Below are positions 9,930 to 19,114 of a stretch of 64,000 nt of DNA, piece after piece; the first letter of the stretch is position 1, and the number at the start of each line of letters is the position of its first letter. Source of the DNA: an uncultured Verrucomicrobiae bacterium. GTDB taxonomy: Bacteria; Verrucomicrobiota; Verrucomicrobiia; Chthoniobacterales; UBA10450. The notes below the pieces were generated by a model. The model worked only from the letters and a program-made list of their open reading frames with translations. It made no database searches and was not told the DNA's origin. Both the position numbers and the translations under genes were made by a program. The stretch covers positions 352,001-416,000 of the forward strand of contig CAVTMK010000004.1 in assembly GCA_963735805.1 (NCBI GenBank), read 5' to 3'.

Positions 9930-10733
9930 ATGAGCCGCACTAATATCATCGCCTTGCTGATTTTCGGCGCGATTCTGGGATACTTTCTCAGCTTCGGCCC
10001 GACGACCACCCAGAAGTTCAAGGCTGGTGTGTATCAGTTGTTGGCGCCGTTTTTCACCGGAGGCTCCGGAATAAAAAAGCAGATTACATCGGTGCGTTCA
10101 GGTTTGAAGTCGCTCGATCAATTAGAGCATGAAAATACTGCCTTACAGGTGGAAAACCGAGAACTGAGGGCGACTAACCAGGGTTTACGGGATGCCGAGG
10201 GTGAGGTGAATCGCCTGCGCCATGCTCTTAATTATCGTGAGCGCTCAGTCTTCAAGTTGATCGCCGCGGAAATTGTTGCGCGTGATTCCTCGACCTGGTG
10301 GCGAACGGTTACGATTAATCGCGGTAAGAGAGATGGCATAGAAATCGACATGGCTGTCGCAACCGATGAGGGGTTAGTGGGAAAAATCACCACCGTCAGC
10401 GAGAGCGTCTCAGTTGTTTTGTTGGTTTCCGATGAAAACTGCCGGGTCGCGGCAAAGGTTGAAGGAAGTCGAGAACAGGGGATCGTCTCTGGCGAACGGG
10501 TAACGACGGGACTCACCCCGGTTTTGAACCTGAATTTTCTGTCAAAGCAGGCTGACCTGAAGCCTGGTCAAAAAGTTTATACTTCGGGAGTTGGCGGGGT
10601 GTTCCCGTCGGGTCTGCTGATTGGCTCTGTGAAAACCTTCCGCGTACGAGAACTGGATGGTCAAGCACAACTTACGCCCGCGGTCGATTTGTCGCATCTG
10701 GAGGATGTGTTCGTAGTGACTGGCCGAAAATGA
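9930..10733 (+). CDS. mreC: Rod shape-determining protein MreC
   Basis: TM helix, coiled coil, INRGKRDGI, GLVGKI, TSGVGGVFPSG. Confidence 0.93.
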   Translation: MSRTNIIALLIFGAILGYFLSFGPTTTQKFKAGVYQLLAPFFTGGSGIKKQITSVRSGLKSLDQLEHENTALQVENRELRATNQGLRDAEGEVNRLRHALNYRERSVFKLIAAEIVARDSSTWWRTVTINRGKRDGIEIDMAVATDEGLVGKITTVSESVSVVLLVSDENCRVAAKVEGSREQGIVSGERVTTGLTPVLNLNFLSKQADLKPGQKVYTSGVGGVFPSGLLIGSVKTFRVRELDGQAQLTPAVDLSHLEDVFVVTGRK

Positions 10734-11272
10734 TTTTCTTTTTTGTTTTGCTCCTACTTGTCTTGGTGGCGCAGATTGCGGAGTTTTTTATTCCGGCGTT
10801 ACCCTGGCTTTGCAACGCGCACGTGTACATTGCGCCTGTGATTGTTTTCTATGGTGCAATGGCCCTGCCGTTTCCCCTCATGCTCGCGCTCGCTCTGTAT
10901 GCCGGGATTTTGCTGGATGCCATGACCGTGCAGGTAATCGGAGGGAAAGTTGAAATTTCAACTGGATCATCGATACTCATTTACGGTGTACTCGCAGGAG
11001 TAATGCATGGGCTTAGACCGCTGTTTGCACGCGGGCGTTGGGAAGTGCACTGCGTTCTGAGCGGCGTGTTCACCTCATTGATAGTTCTGGCGCAATATTT
11101 AATGATTACGTTCCGCCGCGGTTCTATTGTTTTCACCCGCGAAATTTGGTGGCAGATCGGCGGGCCCGGGCTCATTGCCATGGCTATGGCCCCCATTCTT
11201 TTCTGGTTTTTACAGTGGATAGGACGGATTACCGCTTACTCCTATCAACCGGAAAGGGGGCGACTTGAATGA
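10730..11272 (+). CDS. mreD: MreD-like membrane protein
   Basis: About five hydrophobic helices; position between mreC and mrdA with ATGA overlaps. Confidence 0.7.
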   Translation: MIFFFVLLLLVLVAQIAEFFIPALPWLCNAHVYIAPVIVFYGAMALPFPLMLALALYAGILLDAMTVQVIGGKVEISTGSSILIYGVLAGVMHGLRPLFARGRWEVHCVLSGVFTSLIVLAQYLMITFRRGSIVFTREIWWQIGGPGLIAMAMAPILFWFLQWIGRITAYSYQPERGRLE

Positions 11273-13545
11273 ACAGGCGCCGTGTGACTTCGCGTGTGCG
11301 GATTCAATTGGTCGGGGTCCTTATGCTGATGGGTTTGGGCGCGCTCGGTCTCAAGCTTTGGTGGATCCAGGTGGCACATGGCCAGGACTGGACTTCCCAG
11401 CTCCGAGGTAGCTCCCAGGCGACGGTGCGCATTCCATCTGTGCGTGGCGAGATCAAAGACCGCAATGGCGTCACCCTAGTCCAGAACCGGGCGAGTTATG
11501 AGGTTGATTTTTATTTGCCAGAAATGGTCAAAGGCTATCGGGAGCGCTTCGGTTCGCCGCCCACGGCCGAGTATCGAGCGACCATTAATGGAATGCCAAA
11601 GGACCTGAAGGAACCGGACATTATCAAGATCGTTAATAATGGCGTCGTCCCACGCCTCAACGACCTCGATCTGGCGCGCGATTACAACGCGGGCAAGTTG
11701 CAAAAGCATTATCGCAACGATACCGAAGTTCCGTTTTCCTACGTTAAAGACATCGATTTTCCAACTTTGGCGAAATTTTCCGAGCACGATGTCGGCTTGC
11801 CCGGAGTGGAATTGGCGATCAAACCCGTACGTTCTTACGTTTACGGTGCGCTTGCTGCGCATCTTTTGGGTTACGTCGGCTTGCCAGACGACGTGGATAA
11901 GGAGGACGCGAAGAAATTCACGTTTTACCAGGGAGACGTGGAAGGGAAATCGAACGTCGAAAAAATCATGGATGAATATCTGCGCGGAAAACCTGGGGTG
12001 CGTTATTTACGGCGCAATGCAAAGGGAACCATTGATGGCGTTCTGCGGGAAGATCCCCCGGAGCAAGGCGCCAATGTTTTGCTGACTATCGATGCGCGCA
12101 TTCAGGCGATTACAGAGGAAGCGTTGCGCGCAGTGAGTCGGGCCGGCGCGGTAGTTGTCGATCCGAACAATGGCAACATTCTGGCGGCGGCTTCGGTGCC
12201 CTCCTTTGATCCGAATACCTTTATCCCGAGCATCAAGGCGAAAGATTGGCAAGCCCTGCAGAAGGACGAGGGCGATCCGTTGGTCAACCGCGCGATTAGT
12301 TGCCTGCCACCGGGCTCGACATTCAAGCTCATCACGGCACTCGCCGGATTGCGGGGCACTAAAAATCTCGCAGGCGCCAAGTACAGCTGCGGTGGCGGGG
12401 TGAGTTACGGCGACCATTTTTTCCGATGCTGGGTCGCCGAAAAACATTACACGCACGGGACCATCGGAGTCGCCGATGCGCTCAAGGTTTCATGTGATTC
12501 CTTTTTCTATCAATATGGCAACGCGGCCGGGATTCAGTCGATTGACGCCGTTGGCAAGATGTTAGGCATGGGCGAAGAATCGGGTTTGCACCTGTCAGGC
12601 GAACAAACCGGCAATATGCCAGGGCCTGAGTGGATGCAGATTCACCATCCTCAGGAGAGATGGTCACAAGCTCAAACCGCCAATGTTTCAATCGGTCAGG
12701 GATACACGCTGGTTTCGCCCTTGCAATTGGCAATGGCCTATGTGGCGATCGCAAATGGTGGCATGTGCTATTACCCGCGCTTGATCGACAAAGTTTTGAA
12801 GCAAGACGGTACTCCGGTGTTAGATGAACAAGGAAATCCGGCAGCGCCACCACCGCGTGTGCGATCTGATTTGCGCCAGGAAATCTCCCCTGAACACATC
12901 GAGCTGGTTCGCAAAGGTCTTTGGAAGGTCGTTAATGAAGATGGTGGCACCGGCGGCAGAGCACGTTTGAAAGAGTGGGTCGTAGCGGGGAAGACTGGTA
13001 CGGCGCAAGCAACTGACCGTGGACAAGAGGAAAACGTGGCGTGGTTCGTGTGTTTCGCGCCCTTTGACCATCCGAAATACGTCGTCGCAGTGATGGTGCA
13101 GGGCGCCTCCGGACACGGCGGCGAAGTCGCGGGGCCGATCGCCGACAGAATCTTGGAGCGCTCGCTCGCGCTGGATGAAGGCAAATTTGACATGCAGGTG
13201 GCCTGGCTCCCGCCCGCGCATCACGCCAATCCACTCCAATTGATCAAATCGGTGTCTTTTAATGACAAAGGCGGGAATCTCGGCAGCCAGGACGAAGAAA
13301 ATGCCCCCGACTCGCCAACCGGCACCGCGCAGATGGCAAGCTCAGACGCATCGCCTGATGTCGAACCGGAAGCGGATTCTCAAGGCAAAGTGCGCAAGCG
13401 AGGCCCCGCAGTGGCTCGCGCCCTGCCCGCTGCGACGCCAGTTCCCCGCAATTTCTTTCAACGGCTTTTCGGAGTGCGCCGTCAACCGGCGCCTGCACCA
13501 CCGCCGCAGCCGCCTAACCGCCGGCGTGGAACACCACCACGATGA
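11269..13545 (+). CDS. mrdA: Penicillin-binding protein 2
   Basis: RGEIKDRNG, SxxK (STFK), SxD (SCD), KTGT. Confidence 0.93.
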   Translation: MNRRRVTSRVRIQLVGVLMLMGLGALGLKLWWIQVAHGQDWTSQLRGSSQATVRIPSVRGEIKDRNGVTLVQNRASYEVDFYLPEMVKGYRERFGSPPTAEYRATINGMPKDLKEPDIIKIVNNGVVPRLNDLDLARDYNAGKLQKHYRNDTEVPFSYVKDIDFPTLAKFSEHDVGLPGVELAIKPVRSYVYGALAAHLLGYVGLPDDVDKEDAKKFTFYQGDVEGKSNVEKIMDEYLRGKPGVRYLRRNAKGTIDGVLREDPPEQGANVLLTIDARIQAITEEALRAVSRAGAVVVDPNNGNILAAASVPSFDPNTFIPSIKAKDWQALQKDEGDPLVNRAISCLPPGSTFKLITALAGLRGTKNLAGAKYSCGGGVSYGDHFFRCWVAEKHYTHGTIGVADALKVSCDSFFYQYGNAAGIQSIDAVGKMLGMGEESGLHLSGEQTGNMPGPEWMQIHHPQERWSQAQTANVSIGQGYTLVSPLQLAMAYVAIANGGMCYYPRLIDKVLKQDGTPVLDEQGNPAAPPPRVRSDLRQEISPEHIELVRKGLWKVVNEDGGTGGRARLKEWVVAGKTGTAQATDRGQEENVAWFVCFAPFDHPKYVVAVMVQGASGHGGEVAGPIADRILERSLALDEGKFDMQVAWLPPAHHANPLQLIKSVSFNDKGGNLGSQDEENAPDSPTGTAQMASSDASPDVEPEADSQGKVRKRGPAVARALPAATPVPRNFFQRLFGVRRQPAPAPPPQPPNRRRGTPPR

Positions 13546-13617
13546 ACACCCGACCAGAATCATCGCTGCAGTGCATTTGGTCAGTTCCGCTTCTGATCGG
13601 ACAACCCTTTTCGTTTT

Positions 13618-15192
13618 ATGATAGACAAAGTAAGAAAACTTTTGGGTCTTTCCTCACGAAAGACCGGCAAGAAACTCATACTCAGTGTGGAAAAGCTCGA
13701 GTCTCGGGTGGCCCTGCTCGAGAATGGACGACTGGAGGAATACAGCGTCGAGCGTAAGAGCTCACGGAATATCGTCAGCAGCGTTTATAAGGGTAAAGTT
13801 AAAAACATCGAGATGGGGTTGAAGGCGATGTTTGTTGACATCGGCTTCGAGAAAAACGCGTTCCTTCATTTTTGGGACGCAATTCCGGCTGCGCTCGACA
13901 GTGGGATTGAGGAAATCGATCGCCGTGGCAGCAAGCGCCCCAGAAAACGGATCACTGTCAAAGACATACCGAGTATTTATCCAGTCGGCTCGGATGTGAT
14001 CGTACAGGTAACCAAGGGCCCCATTGGTACAAAAGGACCACGGGTGACGACCAATCTTAGTTTTGCCGGACGCTACCTGGTGCTAATGCCATTCAGCGAT
14101 CGAAGTGGCATTTCGCGAAAAATTGAGAACCAGAAAGAGCGTGACCGATTGCGGAAGATTGTCCGGGAACTGGAGATTCCCGACGGCGTCGGAGTGATTA
14201 TCCGCACTGTCGGCGAAGGTCAGCGGGCGAGGTATTTCGTGAGAGATTTGCGTTTCCTTCTGGATCAGTGGGCTCAGGTTGAGCAACTCATTCGCGAACA
14301 ACCCGCTCCCTGCCGTCTCTTTGAGGAGCCGGATCTCATCGGTCGGACAGTGCGCGATTTTCTCACCGAGGAAATCGACGAAGTCCTTTGCGATGATCGT
14401 GCTTCAACGGAACGGATGACTGAAATGATCGGCCAGATCTCACGGCGCGCTCGAAATCGTGTCCATCATTACGATGGAGCGATGCCGATTTTTGAAACTC
14501 ACGGAGTGCAAAAACAAATCGATGACGCTTTCCATCGCCAGGTTTGGCTGAAGTGCGGTGGTTACATTGTAATCGACGAGACCGAAGCGCTGGTGGCGAT
14601 TGACGTCAATACAGGGCGGAACAAAGGCGGACGCGACGTGGAGAAGACAATTTTTCAGACGAATCTTGAGGCGGCGGATGAAATCGCCCGCCAGCTTCGA
14701 CTACGCAATATCGGTGGGCTGATCATAGCCGATTTTATCGATATGAAGAGCCGCAAAGACCAGCAGGCAGTCTACAGTTTGATGAAGGAGCGGCTCAATC
14801 GCGATAAAGCAAAGACACACGTTCTTCCCATTTCCCAGCTCGGTCTGATGGAAATGACCCGCCAAAGAGCACAGGAAAGCCTGAGCGACACTATTTACGA
14901 GAATTGTCCCTATTGCGGAGGGCGGGGAGTAGTGAAGACCTCCATGTCCACCAGCGTAGAATTGCATCGGACTCTCAATACCGTCATGCGCAAGTACCAG
15001 GACAGCATTCACGACATCCGGGTGATTTTGAATCCCGGTGTACTGAAACGGTTAAAGGAAGAAGACGAAGAATTGTTGGTGGAGTTAGAGCGTCGTTACG
15101 CGAGTCGGCTTACTTTTCGCGGCGATCCCACATTTCACCACGAAAAGTTCGTCATTACCGACGCGAATACCGGGACAGAACTGCACTCGTAA
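13618..15192 (+). CDS. rng: RNase E/G family ribonuclease
   Basis: S1 domain, IDVNTG, QLRLRNIGGLIIADFIDM, CPYC; no long C-terminal tail. Confidence 0.9.
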   Translation: MIDKVRKLLGLSSRKTGKKLILSVEKLESRVALLENGRLEEYSVERKSSRNIVSSVYKGKVKNIEMGLKAMFVDIGFEKNAFLHFWDAIPAALDSGIEEIDRRGSKRPRKRITVKDIPSIYPVGSDVIVQVTKGPIGTKGPRVTTNLSFAGRYLVLMPFSDRSGISRKIENQKERDRLRKIVRELEIPDGVGVIIRTVGEGQRARYFVRDLRFLLDQWAQVEQLIREQPAPCRLFEEPDLIGRTVRDFLTEEIDEVLCDDRASTERMTEMIGQISRRARNRVHHYDGAMPIFETHGVQKQIDDAFHRQVWLKCGGYIVIDETEALVAIDVNTGRNKGGRDVEKTIFQTNLEAADEIARQLRLRNIGGLIIADFIDMKSRKDQQAVYSLMKERLNRDKAKTHVLPISQLGLMEMTRQRAQESLSDTIYENCPYCGGRGVVKTSMSTSVELHRTLNTVMRKYQDSIHDIRVILNPGVLKRLKEEDEELLVELERRYASRLTFRGDPTFHHEKFVITDANTGTELHS

Positions 15193-15349
15193 GGCGGCGT
15201 CGTACACCAAAAACTCCTTGCAATCTCCAGAGGCTGGCCCAAGAGTCCGGCATCCAGGGTAGGAACGAGTTTCGTTATTTACCTGACGTGTTCCAAAGGA
15301 GTGTTTGGAGCTAAAAACTGAGGGGAGACTTAACCAAAGGAGAAATAGG

Positions 15350-16033
15350 ATGAAAAAATCAGTGGTGGGGCTGTTATGCATCGCTGCACTCACTTCGGCA
15401 GCGCTTGCCGGGACTGAAACGTATTCGGGAAAGGAAATGAAACAGGTGGCGCCGCCACCCTGTCCGCAATGGTACGCAGACAACGAGTTTAACGTCAGTC
15501 TGTGGGGTACGTACATTTTCACGGGAAACAATTGGCAGGACGACCGCTACCTCGAATCCGATCACGCATTCGGCGGTGGTATAGACCTCAAATACTTTTT
15601 CCACCGGTATTTTGGTCTCGGTATTGAAGGATGGGCGGTAGATGCCCGGCGCACATTTGAGGATGTTTTCGTCGATCTTAATAACGGCGTATTTGAGTCC
15701 GGCACCCGACACGAGAATCGTGCAGTGGGTTCCGTTTTAGGCACGTTGACGCTGCGCTACCCGATTCCTTGCACGCGATTCTCGCCTTACATTTTTGGCG
15801 GAGGCGGCGGCATCTTCGGCGGTGGCGAAAAGACAAATGTTGTCGTAAACGACGGAATCATTCGCACTGACCAAACCGGTTCTGAGTCGCGGGCAATTGG
15901 CCAGGTCGGCGGGGGCATGGAAGTTCGGTTGACCCCACATATCGGCTGGGTCAGTGATTTCAGCTGGAATTTTGTTGATGGACCGAAGAATAACTTTGGC
16001 ATGGTTCGCACTGGCGTTAACTTCGCCTTCTAA
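15350..16033 (+). CDS. Outer-membrane beta-barrel protein
   Basis: SD AAGGAG, signal peptide, alternating beta-strands, C-terminal Phe. Confidence 0.8.
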   Translation: MKKSVVGLLCIAALTSAALAGTETYSGKEMKQVAPPPCPQWYADNEFNVSLWGTYIFTGNNWQDDRYLESDHAFGGGIDLKYFFHRYFGLGIEGWAVDARRTFEDVFVDLNNGVFESGTRHENRAVGSVLGTLTLRYPIPCTRFSPYIFGGGGGIFGGGEKTNVVVNDGIIRTDQTGSESRAIGQVGGGMEVRLTPHIGWVSDFSWNFVDGPKNNFGMVRTGVNFAF

Positions 16034-16055
16034 ATATCGATACTCGGCATTTGCT

Positions 16056-16094
16056 AAAGCGGCGTCTGGAATCTCGGACGCCGCTTTTGTTTTT
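16056..16094 (+). terminator. Rho-independent terminator
   Basis: AAAGCGGCGTC...GACGCCGCTTT followed by a T-rich run. Confidence 0.85.
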
Positions 16095-16159
16095 GGTCAT
16101 TAGGTTCACCAGCTGCGATTGACGTTTGCGAACGACGGTCTGCGCACGAGATTATTCGG

Positions 16160-17284
16160 ATGTCATTCGTCGAAATACTGGACAATTTGGCTTTACGGAA
16201 ATCGGAGTTGGTCGAGCGCTTCGAACAACTGACCACGCCGAAATCCGATCAAGAGCTCGAAGCGATGGCGCAGACTTCGCGCTTGCTCACTCTTCAAAAT
16301 TTTGGACGCACGATGCGCCTGTTTGCGCCGCTTTATCTTTCCAACGAGTGCGTCAACAACTGCCAGTATTGTGGCTTCTCCCGCGATAATCCAATTCTTC
16401 GCCTCACGCTTGATGTGGACGAAGTGATCGCCGAAGGACAACATCTCGCCCGTCAGGGATTTCGGCAGATTCTTCTTGTGACCGGCGAGCATCCAAAATT
16501 TGTAAGCCACGGTTATCTCGCCGAATGCATCCGCGCTCTTTCGCGTGATTTCTCGTCGATCTCAATCGAGGTAGGCCCGATGGATACGGAGGATTATGTG
16601 CCGATTGTGGAGGCCGGCGCCGAAGGGCTCGTCGTTTATCAGGAGACGTACAATCGCGGAGTCTATGCCGAAATGCATACCGCAGGGCCGAAACGCGATT
16701 TTAATTTTCGGCTGGACTGCGCCGAGCGCGGTTATGAAGCTGGTTTTCGCCGTCTGGGCATAGGCGCGCTGATCGGCCTGTCGCGTTGGCAGGATGAGGC
16801 GATAACGCTCGCGGCGCACCTGGAACATTTATTTAAACACTGCTGGCAGGCGCAAATTACTGTTAGCTTGCCTCGGTTGCGTCCTGCTGCCGGCGGATTT
16901 CGTCCGCTTTTCTCGATGACAGATCGCGAACTGGCGCAATTCGTATGCGCGTTGCGGATCACTTTTCCGCAGCTCGGTATCGTGCTGAGCACTCGTGAGC
17001 GTGCGCCGTTGCGTGACTCACTGGCGTTGATCGGGGTCACAATGATGAGCGCCGGCAGTCACACCGAGCCGGGCGGTTACACTCGACGAGGCCGCGAACA
17101 TCTCCATCGCACCGTGCGTGGTCGCATCGTTGCACCCGATTACCAGGACGGCGAAGATCAGCTCGCCACCGGCCAATTCGAGATCAGCGACGAACGTTCG
17201 CCGGCCAAAATCGCTGCATTTCTTCGCAGCCGAGGCCTCGAACCGGTCTGGAAAGATTGGGATCAAGCCCTTTGCGGAGCGTGA
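16160..17284 (+). CDS. thiH: 2-iminoacetate synthase ThiH (radical SAM)
   Basis: LFAPLYLSNECVNNCQYC, YQETY, SLPRLRP, STRE, QFEISDER, PVWKDW. Confidence 0.93.
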   Translation: MSFVEILDNLALRKSELVERFEQLTTPKSDQELEAMAQTSRLLTLQNFGRTMRLFAPLYLSNECVNNCQYCGFSRDNPILRLTLDVDEVIAEGQHLARQGFRQILLVTGEHPKFVSHGYLAECIRALSRDFSSISIEVGPMDTEDYVPIVEAGAEGLVVYQETYNRGVYAEMHTAGPKRDFNFRLDCAERGYEAGFRRLGIGALIGLSRWQDEAITLAAHLEHLFKHCWQAQITVSLPRLRPAAGGFRPLFSMTDRELAQFVCALRITFPQLGIVLSTRERAPLRDSLALIGVTMMSAGSHTEPGGYTRRGREHLHRTVRGRIVAPDYQDGEDQLATGQFEISDERSPAKIAAFLRSRGLEPVWKDWDQALCGA

Positions 17285-17481
17285 AGATTTCACTCAACGG
17301 TGAGCCCGTGGACGCGCGAGACGCGAATACGATTGCAGAGCTTGTCGATCGTTACAAACTACCGCCTCAATCAATTTTGGTAGAGCACAACGGCCTTGCC
17401 TTGCATCGATATGAATGGTCGGAACGGCGATTGACCGAAGGAGACCGCATCGAATTCATCCGCGTCGTCGCCGGCGGCTAG
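17281..17481 (+). CDS. thiS: Sulfur carrier ThiS
   Basis: 66 aa, GTGA overlap with thiH, C-terminal GG. Confidence 0.9.
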   Translation: MKISLNGEPVDARDANTIAELVDRYKLPPQSILVEHNGLALHRYEWSERRLTEGDRIEFIRVVAGG

Positions 17482-17504
17482 GAGGCTCGAAGGGGTCGCT
17501 CTGT

Positions 17505-19019
17505 TCAGATTTGACCAGAGCCCTTGACTACGACGCGCATTCCGTCTGCCTGAATGATGGTGACCGGTGTTTGCGGCGCGATGAATTCGCCTTCGGTGAC
17601 AACATCCACAACGTGATCGGCAAAGCGCGCCTTTCCGCTGGGTCGCAAAACAGTCACCGAGGTGCCTTGCATTCCCGGCGTTAACGCGAGCGCAGTCGCG
17701 AATTGACGTGGCACGCCGGCGAGCGATGGACCCGGCGGATTTGAGTCCATTAATGCAAACCGTCGATAAATGCTAGTGCGCGGCAGATAGCGCGCGAGCA
17801 GAACCATGACAATGAATGAACCCACGATTGCGATGAACATGTTGAGCAGCGGTACGGCAAGCATCTTGCCCGTTGGAAAGAAATTCTGACCTGGATACCG
17901 ATCGATCATCGTCCAGAGCAGCGAACCGAGAATGAGAAACACGCCGACCAGACCAAAAACGATCGTCGAATGCGCGAAGAAAAGTACCTCGATCAGCACG
18001 AGAACCAGTCCGAGAATAAAAAGGCCGACGACTTCCCAGCCGGCAAGCCCGGCCAGATAATGGCCGAGAAAGAATAGCGCGAAACAAATTGCGGATATAA
18101 TTCCGGGCCATGTCGCGCCCGGAATTTTGAATTCCAAATATGCACCGAGAATTCCTCCCAGCAGCAGCAACGGTGCGAGTGCAGTGATCCAAAACGCGAT
18201 TTGCTCGAAGCCAGTTGGCTCGATCGTGAAAATGTTACCTTTGAGTCCGGCTTTTTTGGTTAGATCCGCGACCGAATCGACGATGCCTTCTGCCAGGAGC
18301 GATTTGCCATTGATCTGTTCAGTTGCCTCCTGAGCGTTAAAAGTAAGAACCGCTCCTTTCGGATGAACGACGCGGTTGCCGATCTTTACTTCTTTATCCT
18401 TGTTCATGAATGCCTCAGCGACGTCGGGATTGTGTCCATTCTTGGTCGCCGAACCACGGATGAGCGCAGACCAATACGAAATCGTTTTCTCCTTCGCGGT
18501 AGCGGGAAGATCCTCGCCGCTAGGGAGGATCGGTGCGGCGGCGCCTATTGCGCTCACCGGGGCCATATAAATGTGTTTGGTGGCAATGGCGATAAGGGCC
18601 CCGGCAGAACCGGCGTTTGTATTGATGAATGTGTAAGTAGGAATCTTGATTTGATTCAGCGCGTTAACGATGTCGGACGCTGTATCGAGCCGGCCACCAT
18701 ATGTGTTCATGTCGAAAATGATCGCAGACGCTTCGTTGTTCTCGGCTGTTTTCACCGCCCGTCGCAGGAATGCGAGGAGTGAAGGTGCGACTTCGCCGCG
18801 TAACGGGACAACGACCACATCGCCTTTGTGAATTGCCTCGCCAGCACGAGCGGTCATAGGCGCTGCAATGAGGATTGCGGTCGCAACGGCGATGATTATG
18901 CGGAGCGAAGCCCGTTCGAGTTGCTTCGCTCCGTCCGGATAAGCTTGGGAGCGTCGAAGAATCGCGTGCCCTAAACCAACCGTAATTCCGTGGAATCCGT
19001 CGCTTACGCTCGGGATCAC
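17505..19019 (-). CDS. nfeD: NfeD family membrane protein (ClpP-like domain plus OB fold); start uncertain
   Basis: NTYGG, AGSAGA, IGAAAP, LEFKIPG, LRPSGKA...DVVTEG; candidate starts are GTG 19019 and ATG 18857. Confidence 0.8.
   Translation of the reverse strand: MIPSVSDGFHGITVGLGHAILRRSQAYPDGAKQLERASLRIIIAVATAILIAAPMTARAGEAIHKGDVVVVPLRGEVAPSLLAFLRRAVKTAENNEASAIIFDMNTYGGRLDTASDIVNALNQIKIPTYTFINTNAGSAGALIAIATKHIYMAPVSAIGAAAPILPSGEDLPATAKEKTISYWSALIRGSATKNGHNPDVAEAFMNKDKEVKIGNRVVHPKGAVLTFNAQEATEQINGKSLLAEGIVDSVADLTKKAGLKGNIFTIEPTGFEQIAFWITALAPLLLLGGILGAYLEFKIPGATWPGIISAICFALFFLGHYLAGLAGWEVVGLFILGLVLVLIEVLFFAHSTIVFGLVGVFLILGSLLWTMIDRYPGQNFFPTGKMLAVPLLNMFIAIVGSFIVMVLLARYLPRTSIYRRFALMDSNPPGPSLAGVPRQFATALALTPGMQGTSVTVLRPSGKARFADHVVDVVTEGEFIAPQTPVTIIQADGMRVVVKGSGQI
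18896..19019. repeat. Degenerate GTCAT-type REP-like element at the nfeD 5' end
   Basis: Minus strand reads GTGATCCCGAGCGTAAGCGA...GATTCTTCGAC...GCTTCGCTCCGCATAAT; hairpin at 18901-18933. Confidence 0.6.
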
Positions 19020-19114
19020 CGGAGAACTTCTAGTAGTTATTTGGAAACCAAAGCGCACTGCGTAAGTTTGGCATCGCTTCAAAATCCAAACGAGGCAAAA
19101 ATAATCAGGCGCGC

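Noticed and set aside
13542..13757. Small ORF coupled to the mrdA stop as a possible rodA remnant
   Set aside because: No TM or SEDS features, and it overlaps rng out of frame
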